Assembly (NCBI RefSeq): GCF_009834535.1
Contig: NC_045697.1
Span: 29,514,001 to 29,578,000, forward strand
Length of the DNA stretch: 64,000 bases
Direction: 5' to 3'
Origin: Camelus ferus
Lineage: Eukaryota
The notes under the pieces were generated by a model. The model saw nothing but the letters and a program-made list of their open reading frames with translations, did no database searches and had not been told where the DNA came from. The position numbers were made by a program, and so were the translations under genes. Position 1 is the first letter of the stretch. The number at the start of each line of letters is the position of its first letter. Below, one piece after another: positions 26,221 through 40,140 of this stretch.

Positions 26221-27745
26221 AAGATTTATGCATCCTTCTAATGATTGTGAACTTCTTGGAGGTAAACTATTGCCTTTAATTTGCTGCACTGCTAGTGTAA
26301 ATAATACAACTTACTTATTACGCTCATCATTCACTCCAACATGAGTACTCATTATATGGACTCATTTCTGGGGATTAAAGACAACACTCACAAAGGCAAA
26401 ACAGCTTATATTATACCCTAAAGAAGGCTTCAATCTCACAGCAACGATAAGACAAAAATTATAATGATAATTAACATTTCAAAAAATGCTTTCTGTGGGC
26501 CAGGTATTGTGCCAGGGGCTTTAGGTAACAATTTTATTGTTATTTCCAACTTTAGAGATAAGAAATTTGGGGCTCAGAGGTTAAGAAAGTGATGGAACTG
26601 GGATGAGTCAGATCTGGCTCTAAAACCCTGAAAGTGGTAAACGCTGTAAGAGAGAGATTTAAAAGACTCTTGAGGAAGGAGCCTGTGAGTCCCTTGAAGG
26701 AAAGACTATGCCTCAATCTTGGAATCACCCAGAGAACTAGCTCAGTTCCTTACACACATCAGGAGCTCAGTAGACATTCACCAATTGAAAATATGTGAGC
26801 AGACTGCAGTTAACCTATTATCCTTACTAAAAAGTGTCCTAAAAATAAACAGTCTAGATTTTACCAGTCTAATAATCCTTAACTACACTGAACTACACTC
26901 CTGAGGTGAAAACGCTTCTCTCTGATATATTATACATAGAGTCCATTCTCTGACTCAGGGCTTTTACTCCACAGCACATGGAAGAAACATAAACAGGAGA
27001 CAGAAGGACAAGACGTCAATTGGAAGGTGACAGCCACTTGGGAATCCTGTAAGAAGCAAGGCCTATTCTGGGGAAAGAAGGGAAGGGCAAGAGGTCATGA
27101 AACGCCGTCCTTGTCCATAGTGAGCAAAGGATGAAAGGAAATGTTGGTGAAAGGTCCCCCAAAGGAGACATGCCTGGAGAAGAAACAGAAAAGAGAAGTG
27201 GGAACTGAGGAGTTAGCTCCTTACAGAGATGCATTCTTGAAGATCTTCCATCACCAGTACCTCAGCACCCTCAGCCCTTGAACTTCCTTTGCTCCACCTC
27301 CCAAGAGTCCTTTCCCAACAGTTAGGAGTCATCTCCATTCTCTCACTTTCTGACAACGCCACATGGAACTGTAACCACCTTTTCGTCTAGAACATTCTGA
27401 GAAGAGTTCCACAGCTCTATTAACACTACCCTACATGTCGATTAGGGACTAAGGCTGTCAAGGGCCAGCCATCCTGAATACCTAACCATCGCATATACAT
27501 ACTACCGTAATGTGTATAGAAAAGAGTCCTGGTAACAAACAAATAACAGACCAAAATCAGCTTCCTAAACAAGCCATTTATATGCTGGAGACCTACTTTT
27601 ATAATATCCTCAATGCACCAACTCAGCGCAGCTCTAAATGAAGATTTCTTCAAATTATACTGAAGAAGAAAGATAAATCACCTAACAAGGAAGAATCCTT
27701 GCAAAGATTAAACTCAATCATATTCAGAGTAAATCTATGGAGGAC

Positions 27746-27771
27746 AAAAAAAAAAAAAAAAAAAAAAAAAA
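27746..27771. repeat. Poly(A)26 tract
   Basis: Directly visible. Confidence 0.95.
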
Positions 27772-27946
27772 GGGAAAGCTCATGTAACAGTATCATCTCC
27801 CCTCTTAGACATTCACAACAATGTTTTAGAGTTGGAGTCACCTGATCCTCTTACTTTCTGACCCTTACACATGGAATGCTGACCACATATGATTTTCTAA
27901 TAGTTAGATGATTCAATTTTCTAGCCAAATCTGTCTGAATAGGAAG

Positions 27947-28062
27947 CTCTTTTTTTTTTTTTTAATTGAACTTCAGTCAATTACAACGTGTCTATCTCTG
28001 GTGTACAGCACAATGTCCCTGTCATGGATATACATTCCTATATTCATTTTCACATTTTTGTC
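27947..28062 (-). mobile_element. Severely truncated L1 3' end with poly(A) and 12-bp TSD
   Basis: TSD ctgaataggaag at 27935-27946 and 28063-28074; poly(T) followed by aattgaacttcagtcaattacaacgtgtctatctctggtgtacagcacaatg. Confidence 0.85.
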
Positions 28063-29377
28063 CTGAATAGGAAGTTTTTATTTCACTATTTTGCACCGAA
28101 GGGGTCTGAAAGGGAAACACAATATATAAATTATAAGGGTAACTAGTAACTACCTTCACATTTATGAAAGCAAACCGGGTATATTAACGGAGCCAGACCT
28201 GAAGCACAAAATTTATGAACCACCCACATCCTAGCTTTTGAAAAGCTAATGTTTTCCCTCCTCTAACCAGATTAACAGATGGAGAACTCTGAGAAGTCAT
28301 CTAAAGATGTCTTTGGAAATTTCGAGCATGTTTTGCTTAACAGTTCATGTCACACTTTATAAATCTACCAGAAGGCATGGGACTGAGACTAGGATGACTA
28401 TGATTAGAAGAAGGCTGTACATGATGCAGGCGTGCTGCTACCATAGCATTAGAGCTGCACGCAGCTGTCCCAGGCAAGACCAACACTAGCCTAGTTCTTT
28501 CCACTATAATAGTTGCGTGTATGTATGACGGCTGAGTCCACTGACAGAGCCTCGATCACAGGCCCAGTGTCTTGAGCTCCAGGAGACAGGACCCATTCGA
28601 AGGGCTGCCGCTGACTGGGGCCTCTATGGCATTTGAGCCCAGTGTTGTGAGATTTCTGGATTTACAATAGAAACAAGAAACTCATATTTTTATGTAAAAG
28701 CTCCCAATTTCTAAGCATTGGGCTAATTCAAAACATCATCTGCTAGACAAACCCTGTCTGCAGGTTTCCTGTGCACTCCGCAGCAGGCCCGTTTGTGATT
28801 TCAGAAACTTCCACGGCATCATGCTGCCTTCGCATTGCCCTAAAGATAGGGTCATGTATGTATATGCTTTAATATATTCTACATAGCTCCTCAGAAAATC
28901 CTGTACGTTTAGTAAGCAATGTCTCTTCAACAGAGGTAAGAAAGCATGCCTATTACTGATATCCCTGCCTGTCTGTTCTTAAGCTTTAATCCAAAGGCTA
29001 ACACCATTTCCATATCACCAAGTTCCCTGAACTACCCTGTTCAGAACTGAGCCAAACTGCTCAATGTGAAGCTTTACTATGTCTTTATCATGCTTTCCTG
29101 CCCTTTCCACACTTAGCCGCAATCTCAGTTGGGTTTATGGTTTCAGATTCACCAGCATCAGGTCCACAATTAAGTTTCTTCACTGAAGAATCTGGATGAA
29201 TGCAGCCCCAAACTATCTTGAGGTCCTCTGCAGCCTGTTCTGTTCATTTATCAATTCTGACCATATCAGCAAGTATTAACTTTTCTTCTTGAAAAATTTG
29301 AACACAATAATTCCTGCAAATATCCTTTCACAGCTCCTCTGTGTCGCGTATATTAAGGAATTATCTGGGAAGGTATC

Positions 29378-29780
29378 TGTACTGGGTTGAATACTATTCT
29401 CCTAATATTCATATTTACTGAGAACCTCAGGATGTGATCTTATTTGGAAATACGCCCTCTGCAGATATAATCAGTTAGGCTGAGGCCATCCTGGATTAGC
29501 GTGGGCCCTAAATCCAATGACTGGTGTCCTTCTAAGGCCATGGGAAGACTCAGGGAGAGATCACAGTGATGCAACTACAAGCCAAGGAATGCCAAGTGTT
29601 GCCAGCACCCGCCAGAAGTCTGGAAAGGGCAAGGAAAGAGCTTCAGAAGGGGCATGACCCTGCTGACACCTTGATTTCAAACTTCCAGCCTCCAGAACTG
29701 TGAGAGAATAAATTTCTGTTGTTTTAAGCTACCAAATGTACGGTAATTTGTGGCAGCAGCCCTGAGAAACTATTAAAACA
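29378..29780 (+). mobile_element. ERVL-MaLR solo LTR, MLT1C-like
   Basis: tgtactgggttgaat start; ccagcctccagaactgtgagagaataaatttctgttgttttaagc near the end. Confidence 0.85.
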
Positions 29781-32700
29781 TCTAAACATCTTCTCTTCTT
29801 TGTTTGGAAACTTATGCTGCCCAGGCTGTGGCGGGGGGTGTTACCTGCTTGTACTTCCTGAGGCAAGACATGTGAACGTGAACAAAGAACCTAGGCACAC
29901 ATTTTAGAAGGCAACCACATGCGGTGGGGGCTTCATCCATGGAGACAGGAAACTACATGTGAGTTATCTGAGGTCACAGACCAGTTCTAATTTATTTCTA
30001 TGTCTCAGGCACCTAGCACCATCCACTGAGTAGACTTTAAAAAAGTGATTGGTGTGTACATGTATATTTGAGTAAAAAAATGAATGGATGAATTAAAAGA
30101 AAGCAATGGTGAACAAATCTACAAACACGTGAATGGTTGTTAACTTCCATGGATAACACAGCTCAGTGAAAATCATGGTAAAGTTACAGATCCATTTCAA
30201 TTCTCCATAGATTTAGATAAATCCAAGCTTGCTGACTACCTGGATGTTTCTATAGCCTCTTGGCTTTTAAAACCATAAATCTCTCTATGTATTTAACTTA
30301 AGAGTCTTTCATGAGGACAATGGGTCAGGGCAGAACACTCATGAAGAAATTTGACCAGAAAATTTCTGAAAGTGGACGTAGTGTTACTGTCTCTAGGACC
30401 TCACCGAGTCACAATCTGAGAGGTGACGTGCCCTCACGCAGGACTACTAGAGGACCCCAACCAGTCACTTCCGCTGTCCACACTACTCTCTCCCACGAGC
30501 TAAACAACTTGCCAAACTGGGAACTAAAATTTTTATTTTCAAAATACCAGGAAAGTAGACATAAACACGGGGTGGAGGGGGAGTAGAAATCATGAATTAC
30601 ACTTCTTTAGTGAATAATTTAAAAAAAAAAAAAGGAAAAGGATTCCTTACTTTGTAACAGCTCTGAGGGGCAATGATCTCCCCAGATCTTCATCTGTTGA
30701 AAGTCGATTCAATTTCCAGCACAGATAACTTCAGTGCCTGAACTTCCACATCTCAGTCCATTACAGTCGCTCCCTCCTCTGAGCGCCCTCTGCCCCACAG
30801 CAATCCGGGGTCTCATAGCTCCTTCCTGGTTCCATCTTGATCACACGGCCTGTCTTGTGTTCACTACTAGACTGTTAGACTTTTGTTGCCCCTCATTTCG
30901 TTGTATTCTTCTTGTTCCCTGAGGTACCTAGTATAATACTGTATAATGAATGGAAGGCAACCAAACTACCTTGATCATTCAATTAAATATATTTTTTGTC
31001 CTGAACCTTCAAAAATAATTAATTGAGCAAAATCATTTTCTTCCTTAGGTTCGTGGGGTGAGATAAAAACATCTTTTTATACATCTTACCCCCAAGGTAC
31101 TAAGTCTAATCTGGAAAGCACGTCACCTACCCTAGAACACAGTGTGTCCGAGCTATTTTGGAAACATCTCACATCTGTCTTCTTGAATTCCTCCTGTCAC
31201 ATCACAGAACTCTCAACTGAGGGGACAAGACAGGGAGGCTAGTGAATCACTAAAGGGTGTTTAAAAGATTAAAATTAATTCAACAGGACAATCCAGCTGA
31301 ACACTGGGCCTTTCCTATATCCTGGATTTTTTTTTTTTTAAGAGATGGGAGCTTTTAAAAGTAATTTATGGTTGAAATTACCAAAAACCATTTGACACAA
31401 AATGAACATTTAGAAGAAGTTTCTAAAAGTGTTAATAACACAGATTTATCCAAAGCTCTAACACTCTCAAGCTAGCTAAGGCCAGAAATAATTAGTGTTG
31501 CTAACTGTGTTGACATAATTAGGTTTGTGCCTTGGCTTTTGCCCTCACCAGCTATCTAGCTTGCAAAAAAGAGTTCCACTTTTGCTTGCCTCAAGACTGG
31601 AAACCAATTTAAGACATCAAAGGATTCAACCTCTTGAGTAACACGGGTCAACTCACAATGCAAGGCAAAGCATGAGGGCAAGTGAAACCAAAATGGTCCC
31701 TTCCCTTGACCCTGGCTTTTCTGACTCGTAGACCTATAGATTCAAAGACAAGGAATGTTTGTGGTAGACTGAATTACTGGCCCAAATTCTTCATCCCTCC
31801 CAAGCTTAGAATATAAATAAGAATCACCCTATCTAGGTGTTCTGAACAATTACTTTACATAAGCTGTGCATACTTTTTCTGCCTCTATAGGTGTACTGCT
31901 GGAGCAGACCTCACAGGGCATGCAGGATTGTGGTCCAGCAACCATGTAACATTTGTCCAACCAGCAAACATATAACATTTATGGAGTCTGTTACTATGTG
32001 TCACCTGCTCTGTGAAGAACTTCACATCTACACATAATGAAGACTTAGCTTCTGCTTTCATGGAACTCCAAGTCTAAATGAAAACTTTCCAGTTAGGTTA
32101 CAAACTGCTGAGAGGAATGTGCTAACAGAGACTTGGAAATACTTTCGTGAGGTACAGAAAAAGAACTTTCAATAGTTCAGAGTGTCTAGAAAGGTTTCAC
32201 AGAGGAGCTAACATTTGAGCTAAAATTCAACTGCTTTAGGGAATGGAAAGATCCTCTAAAATATAATTTTTCATTTTCCAGATTATCAAGATATCTACCA
32301 CACATATCTAGTTGAGGTGGATGAAGTCTGATGTACTCAGCCACTGGTGACACAAGCCTAGGTCTCAGAACTATGACACGGTGGAAAACACAGGATGCTG
32401 TGTCCGAAGACCTTGGTTCAAGTCCAAGCATGGCCGCCTGACTGCGAGAAAAGTACCACAAACAATATTTGGCACACAGAATCTCACTGTGACTTCCTCA
32501 ATCACTGGTTAATCAGCATCCCCCTAATATGGGGCCACATCATCAAGTAAGTTACATAATATGTACCCAAAATCAGACATTGGTTAAAACTTAACATCAG
32601 ATGATTTACTTAATACATCAGGACCATTTGGGGATTTGTAGATGACCTCCATTTTTATTCAATTAATCATTATTTATTTACTAAGTTCACCTGCTTCATT

Positions 32701-32859
32701 TCAGGAACTGACAACACAAAGATGAAGACAAACCAATCCTTGCCCTCAGGATACAGAAAGTCTTAACTAAAATCAGACTGCAAAATATAGGCAATTTATA
32801 ATTAAGAGAGAGATAAACTTTCATGTCCCATGGCTGTACTTATAATTAAGATCACAAAT

Positions 32860-33085
32860 AATAGGCACTAATACTGATTAAACCCTTGCTATATGCCAGC
32901 CACTGTTCTAAGAGTGCCTCAGAGATGCTCTCACTTAATGTTCACAATAGATGTATGCTAAAACCCTACTAGCACCCCTATCTTACAGGTGAGAGACTAT
33001 GTGAACTGCCCACACAGAACAGAGCTGAGATTTGAAGGCAGGAAGTTGAGTCCAGAGCCTGTGCTTTTGATGGTAAGTTAATGAA
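32860..33085. mobile_element. MIR SINE
   Basis: ctatatgccagccactgttctaag...cccctatcttacaggtgagagact...cagagctgagatttgaa. Confidence 0.6.
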
Positions 33086-36000
33086 GCATTAGGCCCACTG
33101 CCACACCATCCAGATTTGGTTTTCTCTGTGTATATGCTGCCTTTCTGCACTTTAGTACTGAACCTAATTTTGAAATGGCTATTCCACAAGACCCACCCAG
33201 TTTCATACTCTGTATCTTCAATTTTATGAAGCCTCAAATGAAACCTAAGTTACCTGTTGGTATAAACTAGGTACTGAAACCTGTACCCAGGTAGCACCAA
33301 AATGCGTCTTTCAAAAGTTTTTATGAAGCAAACATAAAACACCAGGTGATTAATGGGGAGACTACACACAATCTTCCCAACCTATGCTCACCTGAGCCAT
33401 CCTGCTCACCTGGGGCCACCGAGGGAACTGCATTTCTGGCAAAACCTGAACAGACTAAAAGTCCCCACTTCCAACTACCGAAATGATGCCACCCTTTCTT
33501 TTAGAATCAAGGTCAAGGCATTCTTTTGAACTTTTCTATATTCCTATGAAACTCAGTAATTTCACTGGTGTTTTTTTTTTTCTCCCTTCTAATAACCTCT
33601 TGTTTCTCAAAGGACAGGCGACATAGGCAGAAAAGAGGAGGAACATACTGTACACATGACTGTACAAAAAAAAGTTACTAACATGTTGGAGCAGGCAATT
33701 CAGTAAGAAAGGGAAATAGAAAGTGGTCAATCTCTGGGTTAGATGGTGCATTTTATTTTTTAAATAGCATTCTAACTTGGAAAGGATGTCCCTAAGATAG
33801 AAATGAGTCTGTTCTATTTTTCTAGGCTCCCCAAAGCACAGTCTAAAATCCAAAGACAACTGTGTCATGATTTAGTCATAAGACATACATCACTGTGGTG
33901 AGTATTTGCTTAACACTGTGAGGAAGCAAATATATACACTTCTTATATGTGTACCATGGCACTGCATACTAGTATCTTAGAAAATATTTGCTCTTATGTC
34001 TTTCTTTCTTTCAACAGTTAGTATTTGTGTTTATTTTATATATATAAACATGCATATACTATATAAGACTTTATAATAAACACTGATTTCACCATTAGAA
34101 GGGAAACATAATGTTTAATTTAAATTGATCTGATCATTGTAAACACTAACAGTATGTTTCACTGGAAAGATGAAATCAAAAGAAAAACCAATGTTGAATA
34201 CTCAGTTATTTTACTTCACTCGTTAATCTGTGTAGTGGTCACTACCTGAAACTCTGAAGTGTGATCATGAAGTAAAGAGGTGTTTTTTCAGTAGGCGTTC
34301 TCAACTGGCTCTGAGGAAATTGTGAAAGAATTCCCAAATATTATTAACATTAATATTTTGAGACACTGTATTATGGTCAAATAGGTAGAGATCCCAAAGT
34401 GACCATTTTGAAGGTTTGGCTTCTAGCATTTTTAAAAAACCCAACTTCACAGCTTGAGAGAGCTGGGTCATGGCTCACACATTCTTCCAAGTATATCTGA
34501 TTCAAAACGTCTATTCTTAGTAACCCATTAAGGGCCATCACCATACTGTCATCCTTACTTTAAAATTCAAAGGTCTTCAACACCGACCTTAAGAATCAAA
34601 CATGAATGTATCCTCTCAACATGTCAGAAAACTCTAATCCAGTCCATACAGGATGCCAAGCACTGGAATGGGCTCTGTAGAGAAACCCAGCGGAAAGTAA
34701 CACCCAGAAGCTGAGAAAGTGAGTGGTGAGCCGAAGGGACCCTGCAAAGGTTCCCTGGAGAGAGTGGCAGTGGATGGAGCGAGAGCACAGGTCGGTTTCA
34801 CTTGTGGCTCTCCGCTGGCCCCTGCTGACACCAGCACTGAGTAAGTGAATGGGCCATGGACAGAAATACCCTGTAACACTCAGCAGCCAGGGAATCATTA
34901 ACTCAATCATGGTGCTTGCAGAGGGTTGAACAGCATGCCTAATACTTAAAAAGCCCGAGGTAGAAAAATACTATATCCTGATATGGACCACTCTACAAAA
35001 TACATACTTCAGTGGAAAAAGGAAAGCATTCATAAAAACAATGTAATGTGAGTCATTCTTTCTTGCTTTAATTTTAATTGTGGAAAATTTTAAACATACG
35101 AAATTAGAGACTGCAGAATAATAAGCCCTAGGTATCCACCTTTAACAAGGACCAGCCTATCCCATACACAGTATTATTTATATTTGTATGTATTATATTA
35201 TAGTCTGTTAGATATTATGCTACTATATTTCAGCATGTATCTCTAAAAGACAAGCACTCTTTAAAAATATCATTATAAAATTTGGGTAAATTTTAAAATT
35301 CATTATGAATGTGAGTATACACCTAAAACAGTTTCTGGGAAAACAAAATACTGGAAAAAAAAAAAGTAGTAATCATCACTGGAAAAAAGGGAAGTAGAGT
35401 GAGGAGCAGGAGAGACTTTCCTTTATTTAAAACCTTTCAGTAAAACTTAAAATGTAGCTACAAGAGGAAGCACAGGGCCTGGAAGAGCAGCAGGAAGGCG
35501 GGCACAGCCTGGAGGGGGTGCAGAAAACAGCAGGTAGACTGGGGTGTGAGTGACACACTCAGGGAGTCCTTAATACAGAGTCAAACACTAGCAGGTGATC
35601 GTGTCCATCAGCTACAGGGTATGGATTCTCTAAATGTAAAAAGTAATAGAGAGTTGTGAACTCAATGACATTACCAAACATAATTACGATTCCAATAATG
35701 TGCAGATCCAGACATTTACGAGATGAAAATGGGCTCATTTCAGCCTCCCTTACTGCCACATCGAACTACAGGAGGCTGACGAAATCTATCATTTACAGTA
35801 CGGCGATTTTAAAGGGCACTTGAAAAACACTTCTTTTCTTCTTCTTGTTTTTTTAAACAAGGTAATGTCTTACTTTCTCCTTCTCTTTTCCGTATCTATA
35901 GTCCTTATAATTTCTCTGCCTTATAGGTTTGGAAAATGTCATTTCCTTCCCTGGCGATTCCATCTGTTACACCTGCATCCCATTAACAGCCCTGGGACCC

Positions 36001-36855
36001 ACTCGGCGCAGGGTTAGGTTAAAGAAATCAGCCTTTGTGAGTGCTTACTTACAGTGATTTCAGACACTATACACTTTTCCACATCTTTTAATCTTATAAT
36101 CAGTATAATGGGAGCCATGAGATGATGAGGTTAATAGTAGCTGAATTTTAGGACCCTGCTCATTTCTGTCACAATTTTCACTCCACTGAAAAATCCAAAG
36201 ATGTTACAAACATAGACAAAAGTCAAGACTAGTCTTGACTAGAGTAGTTAAAATCCAAAACTTCTGTATATATTTTAAAAGAAACACCATTTTCTCACTT
36301 TCAAATACCCCTTGAACAAGGGTAATAAAACGCTCCCCAGTAAAGGTCAAAAGGGAAATGTCTTTAATGAATAGACTTTCAATTTTTAAAACTTTTAACT
36401 TTTCATTAGTTTAAGCCTAAATAACTTTCTCGGAGAACTTCAAATTAGTGCTCTCTTTCAGGTTACATCCTGCCCCCAGCAACTTTCTTTTATTACTTTG
36501 CTTAACAAAATCCAGTATTTCTAGACAGTGTGTAGAAATAGTTCACCTAACCACTGGCAGCATAACTTCTAAATAGATGATGTTTCATTGGACTTAACAC
36601 CAGGGACTTCTTTTTCAAAAATGCTTCCCAGAACAAACAACTTATGTATGAATCAAAATGAAACCTTTGAGGAATCTAATGATATTTCCCACACAAATTG
36701 CCCAATTTTACCCTAAGAGGCCCATGTTCTTCTCTACCTGCAAATGAAATTTGGGGGGGGGCAGGGAGTGGGCAGTCAGTCTAGAGACTAATTGCATCAA
36801 TAAGAGAAAACACCAAAAGAAAGCGCCGCCTTAGGTTACACCTCTCCCGGGGTAC

Positions 36856-37668
36856 CTGTTTCGTCTGGTGAACTGGGGGAAGCGCTGTCTTGGGACAGGG
36901 TGGTCCAGCTGGATTCCTCATCACTTGGTGCCAGGTTCTGGATCCGGTGTAGTGCGCAATCGGTTTTGGCCCCCGTTTTAGGATGATCCTTCTTGGTCTC
37001 CGGGCTGGAAGACACTGTGGCGATCTGGCCGTCCTCAGGGCTGAACTGGGGTTTGCTTGGTTTCTGCAGCAGCAAATCGCCATTCCCAGTGACGGTGGAG
37101 GCCTGGCCCTGGCCTGGCGGGGTCTTCTCCTCCGCAACCCCGTGTTGGTTGCCCAAGTTCTGCTCGAGTTCCCTGGTTGAGGTTTCCAGGTCTGCATAGT
37201 AATTCAGGAAGCTCTTGGTTCTCCTGGGTTGGGAGGGCAAAATTTCACAGCCCAAGGAGTCGGGCGGTTGGGGCTCCTTCCCTTCTAACTTCTCGGAAGT
37301 TACGTTGACCGCGGTGGGGCTGACGTTCTTGTTGGGGTCCTGCTGCCCCTGTTCGGCTGCCTTCCGGAGCTGGTTCTCCCCATTTTTCACCAGCTTGATG
37401 TTGGCAGAGCCATTTCCCAGCAGGGGCTGTGCAGCTGGATCCGAGAGGCCCATTGCCGCCTGGATGTTAGTCAGTGCATATTTCTTCCTGCATTTGGGGG
37501 GTGTGCTGTTCTTGGTTTCTGTGTGTTTTATTTCAGCGTTCAACAGTTCATTGTGGGAAGAACGGAGATTAAGGGTATTTGGTGGTGTGGCCGGGCTGTT
37601 CCGATTCGTGATGTCTGTGGTTCCGCTGCTGGCCATAAACACTGCCAAAGTGTCTACACCTGAGTCAG
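36856..37668 (-). CDS. APBB2: APBB2 (FE65L1) large internal coding exon, 813 nt, phase 1-1; N-terminal region preceding the WW domain
   Basis: Translation (A)DSGVDTLAVFMASSGTTDITNRNSPATPPNTLNLRSSHNELLNAEIKHTETKNSTPPKCRKKYALTNIQAAMGLSDP...SWTTLSQDSASPSSPDET matches the APBB2 N-terminus as I recall it. Acceptor ttttttttccag|CTGACT (AG at 37670-37669); donor GAAACAG|gtaccc (GT at 36855-36854). The ORF track's 36836..37648 call starts at a TTG and runs past the donor. Confidence 0.96.
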
Positions 37669-39934
37669 CTGGAAAAAAAAAAAGAAAGAAAACTAGTCAT
37701 TAGATGCCTGCTGTGATTAAACTACTTAGCATACAGAGTGAACATTTTTATACAGAAAATGGAAAGAACTAATGTTTCTGTTGCAGTTCTTGTAAAACTG
37801 ACCCATTTTCCTCTTTCTTATCACCATTTGCTAACCCACTAAACAGGAGCAAATAAAAGGCTTAACGTGGATACACAAAAGCCAATTTGTACAAAAGCTA
37901 ACAGGTCCAAGGGTCCAAAATTTTACTTGGAATAAAAAAAACTCTCTTTTGAATTCATATAGAAGCATTTTCTTCCAGCAGCTGGTCTTCATTCTCCACA
38001 GCCTTGGAAATCATCCCCTTTCTAAACATCCACACCACATTTCTATCCTGTCGTTCCCTCAGGCAACAAAGTAGTTGCTCAAAAGCCCTCTGGGCGACAG
38101 CTTCCTTAATTAACCTGAAAGGTCACTGTTCTATGATGCACCAGACATCCAAGGTAATTTTTCTCAACCACATCTAGAAACTGTTCTGATGCCAAGAAAA
38201 ATCAAACCTCCGTTAGAGTTTGATAATGTCTTTGCGAACATTTCTGACCTGGGCTTGGTGTTTGTACTAAACAGAAACTTGGGAGAAATGGCTTACTTAA
38301 TTGCTCAGGAACACAGAGGTGTGGGTAAAACTATTACTAATAATGTAGCATTGAGCCCTTGGCTACAGATGTGTTAGAGGCCCCCAAAGCAGTCTGAATA
38401 TATTCCACTGAATTAAAACACAGACTCAGCTGTTTGCAGTCACCACGTGCCCCTGCAGGACTCCTAGGAAACTATCTGACAGTCGCATTTACCTCATATA
38501 TCGTTCACACCATCAGTGATCTATCCTATGTGTCTCTTGCGAGGAAGAAAGAAAGGTTTGTCAGACTAGATGGGAATAAAATTCATCAGCAAGAATTCCT
38601 GAGGTTTCAGATTTCTCAGTCTATGAAGAATGACTTCTTTCTTGTCTGATCCTGCGCCCTCCAGAGAAACCTCCCTGGGCTCTTTAAACCAGCACTAGAT
38701 GGACCCAAAGCACAGCTCCTAACATTCCTAAAATTGTATAGTGACAACTTCCTCTTCCTCCACCAGGCAAAACAGGGACCTCCACAGAGGAGGAAGGTAA
38801 GAATGGTCTCCTGTCCGGGAGCTTAGAGGTGTCCCCTTCTATCATGAAATACTCAGGATGGGCTATTTTAGGAAAGAGTCACTCACTCATCCTGGAGTCT
38901 GTGTGCTTCTGGGAGGCTAGGCAACATCCTAAAATGCCAGGCAATGTCCATACTGACCACAGAATGACCAGGTGCTCCACAGAGATAATTAAGGGCTGTA
39001 ACCCAAAGTGGTTAGACCTTGGACCCCATTCTTTAGAATTATTATTTATAAGGATTCCTGCCTACCCAGCATCTACCTCAGCACTTGGGCTTCATTAAAA
39101 ATCTAGTGTGTTTCTCTGTTTTAAATAATACTCTGACGACTAAATTTTTTTAAAAAACTTCATACTGTTTGGCTACTACCACCATTTTACAGAAAACATG
39201 CTTCAATGTATAATTCAGCCTCACTCAAGAGCAGCATCTGATGTGAAAAGAGTCTGCCCTGACCCCACGAGATGTTTTCCCTGAGACCTATATCCATAAC
39301 ACAGGCACACAGGAGAGAACTGTATTCAGACTCTTGGATATTTAGAGTGACATCATTATAAGAAAGTTGGCAACCTGCTGGCTTTTTAGAAGGCGTGGCA
39401 AAAAATTTCTGTGAGGCTGTTTTATGATGTTAGGTACTATATTCTAGCAATGTTTTAGGGAGAAATTTTTATTTACTTTGTTTATAACCATAACATTTTC
39501 AGAAAGAATACCATCAAAATTTCTAGGTGATTTAATATTTAAGTAGCTTTTATATCCTGACTGTGACAGATGAAAACTCTGAATCATGTCTTCAACAGCC
39601 TTTTGGATCCCACCACCTTCCTATTCCCTATGTAACTATTCTGCTTCCCAGAAATCATAAAGGGGAGGTTTGGGAGAGTGAAGTTAGAACAACAGGACCA
39701 CCCATACAAAATAGCTCTGTATATGCTGTTTTACAGATCAAAGCCTGAACACAATCTGAGTGTGTCTTGAGATATTAAATGATGGTCTCATGTATCTGAA
39801 GTACACAGTCGTCTCCAGGAGTTCATACATCCACCAGGCAGTTCTTTGGGCTCAAAAAGGCCATGAAGCAGGCAGAGGTTAGCAAATTCCTAGAAAGACG
39901 AAGGAAGGCCCTGAAAGCGGGGAGGCAGTGCCCA

Positions 39935-40140
39935 CCAGGATAAGAGCACAGAACTTAGGTCAGAAAGACAAGGCGCAAGTCCTGTCCGTGCTGCTCCCTA
40001 GCTGAGTGATGTAGGACACCAGCCCCCGAGTCTCCTTGTCTGAAAAGTGGGATAACAGGAGTACCGCTGTTAGGAGGATTAAAATGAGAAATGCCTGCTA
40101 AGAGGTTAGCACAGTGCATAACTATAAATGTGAGCAACCC
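39935..40140. mobile_element. MIR SINE
   Basis: ccttgtctgaaaagtgggataacaggagtacc...aggattaaaatgagaaatgcctgctaag. Confidence 0.6.

Larger units (their letters stand above)
1..36855 (-). other. APBB2: APBB2 intron downstream of the large exon (runs off the left edge of the window)
   Basis: The next expected coding sequence (DIWSDHSFQTDPDLPPGW, WW domain) was not seen; the region is repeat-rich. Confidence 0.8.

Noticed and set aside
30645..30745. Possible cassette exon (ttcag|gcactg...acaaa|gtaagg, minus strand)
   Set aside because: Poor polypyrimidine tract, an early stop in the APBB2 frame, and no recognisable homology.
36836..37648. 270-aa ORF as a standalone intronless gene
   Set aside because: It starts at TTG (Leu14), is bounded by canonical splice sites, and the true ATG is in the exon at 49970-50038.
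37215..37703. 162-aa plus-strand ORF and other ORFs overlapping the exon (36781-37197, 36983-37199)
   Set aside because: Antisense or alternate-frame shadows of a GC-rich coding exon; no recognisable homology.
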